This document shows positions 57,322 through 64,000 of a DNA stretch of 64,000 nucleotides, piece after piece. Source of the stretch: a virus (Duplodnaviria; Caudoviricetes). The notes beneath the pieces were generated by a model. The model had not been told where the DNA came from. It was given only the letters and a program-made list of their open reading frames with translations, and made no database searches. A program made the position numbers and the translations under genes. How positions within the stretch are numbered: the stretch's first letter is position 1; every line of letters starts with the position of its first letter. Location of the stretch: positions 32,001 through 96,000 of IMG/VR virus record IMGVR_UViG_3300010282_000004, one strand, 5' to 3'.

Positions 57322-57584
57322 TCTTCATACTCCTTAAATAAAATTTTAACTGGCCAACAACAACACATATTACCTTTCTTAATAACCTCTTCGTAATCAG
57401 TACCCGGAAATGGTATATTATAAACCATAACAAAATCTGGACTGAACCAATCTGATTGGGTATGCAGCTTTCTAACCTTATTATTAATCACACGACAAAT
57501 ACTGTTGTTGCAAATATCCTCATCGGCTATTAAATTTATTATCTCTTGCTTATAACAATCTCTTCGTGATTTCCAAACACTCAT
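57318..57584 (-). CDS. Hypothetical protein
   Basis: AAGGAG RBS; ATGA overlap with the next gene. Confidence 0.55.
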   Translation of the reverse strand: MSVWKSRRDCYKQEIINLIADEDICNNSICRVINNKVRKLHTQSDWFSPDFVMVYNIPFPGTDYEEVIKKGNMCCCWPVKILFKEYEE

Positions 57585-57598
57585 TCTTTTTCTCTCCT

Positions 57599-57895
57599 TT
57601 ACACAACAACCGCACCGGGATTCTTTTTTCTTAAATCAATATCACGTCTACAGTCCTCAATAGAATTAAAATAATATGGAGATTGCAAATAACTAACATA
57701 TTTATTCTCTTCAATCCTATAAATCTTATGTCCGTTGTATGTTTCAGCAACCAAAAGTTCTTCAAAATTACTTCTGCATCCAGAATGACAAAATCTAAAT
57801 GTTTCTCCTTTAATTATAAGTTTAGGAAATGTTTTAATTTGATCAACCATTTTTATGTCATGCTCTTTACCACAATATCTACATTTAATAACCAT
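57599..57895 (-). CDS. Hypothetical protein with a TRASH/YHS-like metal-binding motif
   Basis: CRYCGK..FCHSGC; AAAGGAG RBS before ATG 57895. Confidence 0.55.
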   Translation of the reverse strand: MVIKCRYCGKEHDIKMVDQIKTFPKLIIKGETFRFCHSGCRSNFEELLVAETYNGHKIYRIEENKYVSYLQSPYYFNSIEDCRRDIDLRKKNPGAVVV

Positions 57896-57951
57896 AATAA
57901 ACTCTCCTTTCAACAAACACACAATATGTATCTATCTAGTTATTCCACAAA

Positions 57952-57987
57952 AATAAAAATGAGATACAGAAAAACTGTATCTCATTT
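57952..57987 (-). terminator. Intrinsic terminator after recD2
   Basis: AAATGAGATACAG-N5-CTGTATCTCATTT followed by TTATTTTT on the minus strand. Confidence 0.75.
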
Positions 57988-57991
57988 AAAA

Positions 57992-60241
57992 TTATTTATC
58001 ATATTTAATAGATAACCATGTGTTTCTACTATTATGACTTGTTCTTATACATTGTAAGAACGCCTGTGGCTCTGCCAATAACAAACATCTTTTCTTTGCT
58101 CTTGTAATTAAAGTATAAAGCATACAATTATCAAGCAATGCATAATGTGTATTATCAATGATACCAATTACTGTTTTATATCCACTACCTTGGCATTTGT
58201 GACATGTAAGTGCATAAGCTAAATCAAGAGCAGACGTTTCATTAATGGTATATTCAACAAACTTTGAGCCACCATTAGTATCATTAAACTTTACGACACA
58301 ATATTTGCTATTATGGTTCTTGTCCTTATTATGAATCTCCACAATGTATCCGATCTCGCCATTGAACACGTTCTTTTGATAGTCATTTACAGTCTGCATT
58401 ACCCTGGCACCAAGCTTAAATGTATTCTCGTAGTTACCAATCTCTTCTTTAACATTCCCAAGTAACTGTTCTTGTAAGAACTTATTGATTTCAAATGTAG
58501 AATTAAGGCAATTTGACTTTCTTGGAACAATGATTACCACATTTTCAAGTCCATCAGTCTCAACCGTTTTTAAGAACGTTTTCGTTGCAATATCAAATAG
58601 ACTCTGACGATTGGTACGAAACATGTAGAACATATCTTGCAGTTCACCACGAACAATCTTCGGTTCAAACGTTCCCCCAAGAGGATTTTTATTCTCTCTT
58701 ATTACATTGGCATCCATGAGAATCCCGGATTTCTTTGCTTGTCTCATAGGCTCTGTAAGTTTGCTAACTACCTTATTGCCAAGTAAGTCTATAATATCAG
58801 AAAATACATTGCCATATCCAATAGGCGGTAACTGTTTATGGTCACCTGATATAATGATTCTAGTCTTGTCATCAATGGCCTCTAACCAATTAAGGAATAA
58901 CCTAGCATTAACCATAGAACCTTCGTCCAAGAAAGCAACATCTACAATCATATGATTATCTTTATTGAATGTAAATGTATTTAACCCCATACATCCTAAT
59001 GTTCTATGGATTGTCATAGCAGGATATCCTGTAGCTTCAACAATTCTTTTGGCAGCCATTGCAGACAATGCACATGCAGATACAGAATGCTTGTTCTCAC
59101 AATAAGCTTTAATAATACCTCTCATTAACGAACTCTTACCAACACCAGCCTTACCAGTAATAACACTAACTGGTCTATTAAGACATGTATTGATTACATT
59201 TTTTTGTTCTTCTGTATATTCAAAGCCTTGTTCTTCTTCAGCTTTCTTAATGCCCATATCATTCTTTTTAGGATCGAGTACAAAACTACAATCTAATTTA
59301 GACTTATTATACAAAATGTCAACAATCTTACATTCAACATCATAGTAATATTTCAATCCAATTTTATCATCCTTTATATATAAGAAGTCGTTGTTCTCTA
59401 AAAGCCACTCAAACTTATCACTACATTCAGTAACTGTGTTATCAATAGCTTCTTTAAGAATATCTTTTGATACCCATGTATGTCCGTCACTCTCACCAAT
59501 CTCCTTTAAATAATATGTTACAAATGCAACAAGCCTTTCAGGAGACTGAAGAAGTTGTGGTTTAAGTTTAAGTGCCAATCCATCAATCTTACGAAAACCT
59601 AATCCAGAAATACGTGTCATAACATATGGGTTTTCTTCAAGTTGTTGTTTAAGCAATGCCGGGTTAGGCTCATCAGTAAGCAACTTCCTAATCATATTAT
59701 ATGTAACACCTAATGGTTTTAACATAATAATGATATCAGAAATAAGGTAGTTATTTAAAATTGTTTCCTTAATACGTTCCCATGTCGCCTTGCCAACACC
59801 TTTAACTTTATTGTAGTCAATATCCTTAACCTCTCCAGAAGTCACATCATTTACAATATTAGGATATGCTTTAGTAAGGTTTACTGCCAAACTCTCACTT
59901 ATTAAAGATTTGAGAAACATAATCTGATCCTCTTCTGTCTGTGGTGCAAGAGCATAAATAGCAATAGGAACGTATTGGTCACCATAAGTCTTATCATACT
60001 TATAAGTGGCTTTGATAGTATACTTCCCACCTACTACTAACTCTTGCATCTTCCCGGACAGAGATGAAAACTTCTTTTCTACATCTGACTTATTATCAAA
60101 TGGTGTAGCAGTTTCTTTTGTATAATGAGGAATGTCATCTTCAGTGGAGAACAAATATGCTCCCCACGAAGAATCTGGATTATAGTATTTCTGATATGTG
60201 ATTGTGGCATCAAACTTTATTACTTCATCATTAGTTGTCAA
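57992..60241 (-). CDS. recD2: RecD2-like SF1B helicase
   Basis: GLGFRKID HhH, Walker A GKAGVGKS, TIHRTLG, DEGSMV, GDHKQLPPIG, LAYALTCHKCQGS, LYTLITRAK; likely TTG start at 60241 after GAGGTG. Confidence 0.92.
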   Translation of the reverse strand: MTTNDEVIKFDATITYQKYYNPDSSWGAYLFSTEDDIPHYTKETATPFDNKSDVEKKFSSLSGKMQELVVGGKYTIKATYKYDKTYGDQYVPIAIYALAPQTEEDQIMFLKSLISESLAVNLTKAYPNIVNDVTSGEVKDIDYNKVKGVGKATWERIKETILNNYLISDIIIMLKPLGVTYNMIRKLLTDEPNPALLKQQLEENPYVMTRISGLGFRKIDGLALKLKPQLLQSPERLVAFVTYYLKEIGESDGHTWVSKDILKEAIDNTVTECSDKFEWLLENNDFLYIKDDKIGLKYYYDVECKIVDILYNKSKLDCSFVLDPKKNDMGIKKAEEEQGFEYTEEQKNVINTCLNRPVSVITGKAGVGKSSLMRGIIKAYCENKHSVSACALSAMAAKRIVEATGYPAMTIHRTLGCMGLNTFTFNKDNHMIVDVAFLDEGSMVNARLFLNWLEAIDDKTRIIISGDHKQLPPIGYGNVFSDIIDLLGNKVVSKLTEPMRQAKKSGILMDANVIRENKNPLGGTFEPKIVRGELQDMFYMFRTNRQSLFDIATKTFLKTVETDGLENVVIIVPRKSNCLNSTFEINKFLQEQLLGNVKEEIGNYENTFKLGARVMQTVNDYQKNVFNGEIGYIVEIHNKDKNHNSKYCVVKFNDTNGGSKFVEYTINETSALDLAYALTCHKCQGSGYKTVIGIIDNTHYALLDNCMLYTLITRAKKRCLLLAEPQAFLQCIRTSHNSRNTWLSIKYDK

Positions 60242-63200
60242 CTCTTCGCACCTCTTTCTTTCATTTGGGCAACCCATGTATTATAGAGTTTAACCTTTTC
60301 CACAAAGAAATGATTGCCCTCTCTCTTCCTACCAAGCATAGCCAAACAATTGCCCTTTTTAATATATTCTCCATATTCTTTTAATTGGCTCGACCAAATT
60401 GTAGCTTCTATAATTCCACTTGGTGTATATAAATCTAAGTATGCAAACTGATTGCCGTTCTTATCCTTCTTTCTTTTTATGTCTACAATCACACAAAACA
60501 AAGTAATCTTCTCGTTATCCTCTACATCGTTCCATTCCATCTTTGTATACTTATATGCATCCTCTAACGGATCATTTGTAAGGAACATTGACAATGTATC
60601 AAATTCCCACATATATTCATCCCTAGCATACTTGTCTCTAAACTCTTCCATATGTGCTTTAAATCTTTTCTGTTGGTCTTCATCAAACATTTTCTTTCTT
60701 ATATTATTATAGTCGTTAAGCAGTTTGTCTTTATCTACTTTCTTACCATCCTTGTAGTCATCAACGTTAATACCATATTGCAATAACTTTGAGTATGGCG
60801 ATGGAACAGATGCTACAGGTTTAAACTCTCTCTTATCAAATATGTGAGCGGCATATTTTTGTAATGATGCAACCTTGTTTTTTGTTGGGATTGCTCCTGC
60901 TTTGATAAGGGTAACAATTGCAGTCTTATCATTCACTTTATCAGTAAAATCATTAAAACTAGTGTATGGTCTATTTTCAATAATATTTTTAACAATAGAC
61001 TCACCAAGTCCTTTTACCGCCAACAATCCAAATAATATCTCATTCTTGTCAGGAAGTGCAGTAAACTCCATATTTGAAATGTTTACATTTGGTGGAGATA
61101 CTTTAATTCCTAATCTCTTACAGTCATTAATCACAATACTAATCTTTTCAACCTTATCGCTCTTAGATGTTAACAGTGATGCCATGAAATAAATTGTGTA
61201 ATGTGTCTTTAAATATGCCGTGAGATATGATAATAATCCGTAAGCAACTGCATGGCCTCGATTAAAACAGTACGAGCTTTGCTTTAATAGTAATTGCCAA
61301 ATCTCAATTAATTGTTCATTAGTCCAACCTTTCTCAGACAAACTCTTTGTAAATCTTGACTCAAGTTTTGCCATAACATCTTTTTGTTTTTTCCCCATGC
61401 TACGTCTCGCATTATCCACTTCATTTTCAGGGAAATTTGCATACCTAAAAAGTTGCAATGCCTGCTCTTGATACAACAAAACATATTGTGTTTTACCAAA
61501 TATTGTTCTTAAATCTTCGTGCAATACAGTTGCATCTTCTGGATGCAATTTATTTTTACAGTAGTCTGGAAAACTATCTTTGGTTCCAGGTCTGTTTGCA
61601 GCATTTACAACAATGATATCCTCTACATTGTCTGCTTGAGCTTCTACACACATCTTCTTTGCTTCGGCAGACTCCATCTGGAAGATTCCTACTGTATTAC
61701 CTTTCTTATATACGTTGTCAAATACCTCTTTATCACACAAATCTAAGTGATTAATATCGACATCTTCCCAAGTAATACCTGCCATCTTAAGTGCATCATC
61801 AATAATATCCAATGTTTCAAGACCAAGGTAGTCCATCTTAATAAGTCCTAAATCATCCATTGCATTGTGCATCTCAAGTTCGATCATGATATTCTTTTCT
61901 GAATCGTAGCACAAAGGACAGTAGTCTGTTATTGGAGTCGGTGTAATCAAAGTCCCGGCTGCATGTCTTCCCATAGACTTTGGAAGTCCTTCAACATCCA
62001 TAACGTATTTAAACCACAATGGGAATTTATTATAAATGTCTTCAAGTTTTTTGTTCTTGCTCAAGATATCTTTAAGCAATACATCCTTTTCTTCTTCCTC
62101 TCCCAAATCATTTAATGTTTTAATAGTAGGAATCATCTTTGCAACTTCGTCCCTCATTGTATAAGGAATCTGCTGATAGTACGGAGAGTCTTGCTTTTCA
62201 TTGAGAACTTTTCCAATATCTCTGATAGCAACCTTTGTACTTAATGTATTAAATGTTGCAATAGGAGCAACGTTCTCCTTTCCGAATAACTCTTCAGAAA
62301 TTTCCACCATTTCTTTTCTACGTCTTTTTGAGATATCCCAATCATAATCAGCCATAGATGTTCTGCCCAAATTTGCAAATCTTGAAAAATCAAGATCCCA
62401 TCTAACACTATCTATCTGTGTTACATTAAGCATAAATAAACATAAACAGTTAGCACCAGATCCTCTTGAATATCCCAAAGGAATTCTTCTTTTTCTAGCT
62501 TCTTTTGCAAGCATATATAACATAATGAAATAATCAGTGTAGCCAACTGCATAAAGAACCGGGAGTTCTGTTTCTAATCTATGTATTCTTTTCTCTTGCT
62601 CTTCTTTGCTCATACGTCCAAACTTTTCATCAAATGTACTGAATACTAAATGCCTAAGATATTCTTCATGGTCTTCATATCCACCTTCAATATTAACTTT
62701 TGGCATGATATTCCCTTTGTTTAAACCAATATCAATATCTTCAATCATATCAGCAATATGATTTGTTTCTTCAATGCCAGCTTTGATAATATCTTCTGAG
62801 AAGTTTGACGACATTTTTTCATAGATTTCATCTTCTGTTTGAAGATAACAATCTGTATAACTTTCTCCAACCTCTCTACTTTCTCCGATTTCAACAAACA
62901 TCGCATGTGAATCCAACAAACTATCACTAAGCATATGAGCATCTGTCGTTATGATATATGGGAGTTTATGTTTGATCGCAAAGAAATGAATCAAACTATT
63001 TGCATACATCTGAGCATCTGTTGAATGAGACTGTAATTCACAAACGACATAATCAAATGTGCCCTGTAATTTTTGAAAGAATTCCCAAGCCTTATCGTCT
63101 TCTCCCATAACAAGATATCTACTAAGTCTTCCTGCTTGACATGCCGTAGAACAAATAATTCCTTTACCAAGACCATGCTCTTTGATATAATCAATATCAA

Positions 63201-63558
63201 TTCTAGGTTTCTTATAAAATCCGTCCGTCCTTGAAATAGAGGTAATCTTAATCAAGTTCTTATAACCCTCTTGTGTCTTTGCTAGAAGTATCAAATGATA
63301 TCTTGGCTGATAATAATCTTTTGTGTCGGCTTTTTCACTCATATCATCAACTTCATATACTTCGTTACCAATAATTGGCTTTATATCATTTTTCTTACAC
63401 TCTTTAACAAAATCTACAAATGATGACATACTTCCATGATCGGTCAATGCCATTGCTTTATGTCCGTTATCTTTTGCAAACTTAACTGCTTGCTCAACAG
63501 TTAGAATAGAATCGAGTAGAGAACCTTTGGCGGTATGTAAATGTAAATGTGTAAACAT
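60238..63558 (-). CDS. dnaE: DNA polymerase III alpha subunit (C-family)
   Basis: PHP domain (HLHLHT, ALTDHG, TTDAH); RGSGA; DYDWD; GRHAAG; KMDYLGL; FNRGHAVAY; C-terminal OB fold; no intein seen. Confidence 0.95.
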   Translation of the reverse strand: MFTHLHLHTAKGSLLDSILTVEQAVKFAKDNGHKAMALTDHGSMSSFVDFVKECKKNDIKPIIGNEVYEVDDMSEKADTKDYYQPRYHLILLAKTQEGYKNLIKITSISRTDGFYKKPRIDIDYIKEHGLGKGIICSTACQAGRLSRYLVMGEDDKAWEFFQKLQGTFDYVVCELQSHSTDAQMYANSLIHFFAIKHKLPYIITTDAHMLSDSLLDSHAMFVEIGESREVGESYTDCYLQTEDEIYEKMSSNFSEDIIKAGIEETNHIADMIEDIDIGLNKGNIMPKVNIEGGYEDHEEYLRHLVFSTFDEKFGRMSKEEQEKRIHRLETELPVLYAVGYTDYFIMLYMLAKEARKRRIPLGYSRGSGANCLCLFMLNVTQIDSVRWDLDFSRFANLGRTSMADYDWDISKRRRKEMVEISEELFGKENVAPIATFNTLSTKVAIRDIGKVLNEKQDSPYYQQIPYTMRDEVAKMIPTIKTLNDLGEEEEKDVLLKDILSKNKKLEDIYNKFPLWFKYVMDVEGLPKSMGRHAAGTLITPTPITDYCPLCYDSEKNIMIELEMHNAMDDLGLIKMDYLGLETLDIIDDALKMAGITWEDVDINHLDLCDKEVFDNVYKKGNTVGIFQMESAEAKKMCVEAQADNVEDIIVVNAANRPGTKDSFPDYCKNKLHPEDATVLHEDLRTIFGKTQYVLLYQEQALQLFRYANFPENEVDNARRSMGKKQKDVMAKLESRFTKSLSEKGWTNEQLIEIWQLLLKQSSYCFNRGHAVAYGLLSYLTAYLKTHYTIYFMASLLTSKSDKVEKISIVINDCKRLGIKVSPPNVNISNMEFTALPDKNEILFGLLAVKGLGESIVKNIIENRPYTSFNDFTDKVNDKTAIVTLIKAGAIPTKNKVASLQKYAAHIFDKREFKPVASVPSPYSKLLQYGINVDDYKDGKKVDKDKLLNDYNNIRKKMFDEDQQKRFKAHMEEFRDKYARDEYMWEFDTLSMFLTNDPLEDAYKYTKMEWNDVEDNEKITLFCVIVDIKRKKDKNGNQFAYLDLYTPSGIIEATIWSSQLKEYGEYIKKGNCLAMLGRKREGNHFFVEKVKLYNTWVAQMKERGAKS

Positions 63559-63582
63559 ATCTGTATCTCCTTTTAATTAATT

Positions 63583-63614
63583 AAAACGAGTGCCGTTTCC
63601 GACACTCATTTTTT
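63583..63614 (-). terminator. Terminator-like hairpin between recJ and dnaE
   Basis: Minus strand AAATGAGTGTCG-GAAA-CGGCACTCGTTTT. Confidence 0.65.
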
Positions 63615-63615
63615 A

Positions 63616-64000
63616 TTACCAAACGAAATCATCATCGTCTTCTACTGTATTATTCTCTGTTATTTCTAAATCGGATATTGTAATTTGCGGTGTTCTTACT
63701 CCATCATGTTCATTTATCCCTGGCTTACCAACAACTGTAATAACAATACTGTCGTTATCAGACCAAGCATAGTTAATCCAATCATATAATGGATCGCCAT
63801 CCTTACATTTAAACCGAATAAACTTTACATCATTAATGTAAAATGACATCGTGTCTTCTGTCTTACCGAAAATACTAATATCATTCTTGTTAAGTCTGAT
63901 ATTTTCTACTGCAAACATAGGTTCAGGAATACCTTGACCAATTAAATACTTTGTGTTTTCAAACTGAATGACATCTTTAACCGATACTTCTTCAGAATCC
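63616..64000 (-). CDS. recJ: C-terminal part of a RecJ-like ssDNA exonuclease (5'-truncated by the window)
   Basis: Frame is open to the window end; GQGIPEP.F and VVGKPGINEH.G..PQI.I.D RecJ C-terminal OB motifs; adjacent to dnaE. Confidence 0.75.
   Translation of the reverse strand, partial: DSEEVSVKDVIQFENTKYLIGQGIPEPMFAVENIRLNKNDISIFGKTEDTMSFYINDVKFIRFKCKDGDPLYDWINYAWSDNDSIVITVVGKPGINEHDGVRTPQITISDLEITENNTVEDDDDFVW

Noticed and set aside
57992-63558. Inteins or introns in dnaE and recD2
   Set aside because: Lengths are typical, motifs are contiguous, and no intein splice motifs or endonuclease domains were seen.
1-64000. CRISPR array, tRNA or rRNA genes
   Set aside because: No regularly spaced repeat-spacer units and no cloverleaf or T-loop signatures were seen by eye; tRNAscan was not run.

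Overview
The window is part of a large, AT-rich temperate tailed-phage genome with SPbeta-like organisation. RBS and promoter style suggest a Bacillota host, probably Clostridia/Lachnospiraceae (inference). The + strand (1-39136) is the late region: endolysin and holin, a RuvC-like resolvase, a moron with its own sigma-A promoter, an orphan lasso-peptide-like precursor, a 6257-aa tape measure protein, and baseplate/tail-fibre genes. The - strand (39162-64000) carries a large serine integrase next to an apparently intact attP, dUTPase, an anaerobic ribonucleotide reductase (nrdD) split by two group I introns, guanylate kinase, a ThyX-like gene with an in-frame stop, a SleB-like hydrolase, two unannotated structured RNAs, RecD2, DnaE and the end of RecJ. 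The best candidate for an undescribed system is at 52882-55747: a radical SAM/SPASM enzyme with a non-canonical cysteine motif, followed by three otherwise dissimilar proteins that share the N-terminal tag MK(I/V)R(T/N)DFVTNSSSSSFII, plus a small zinc-ribbon protein. No database searches were run; family calls come from motif recognition.
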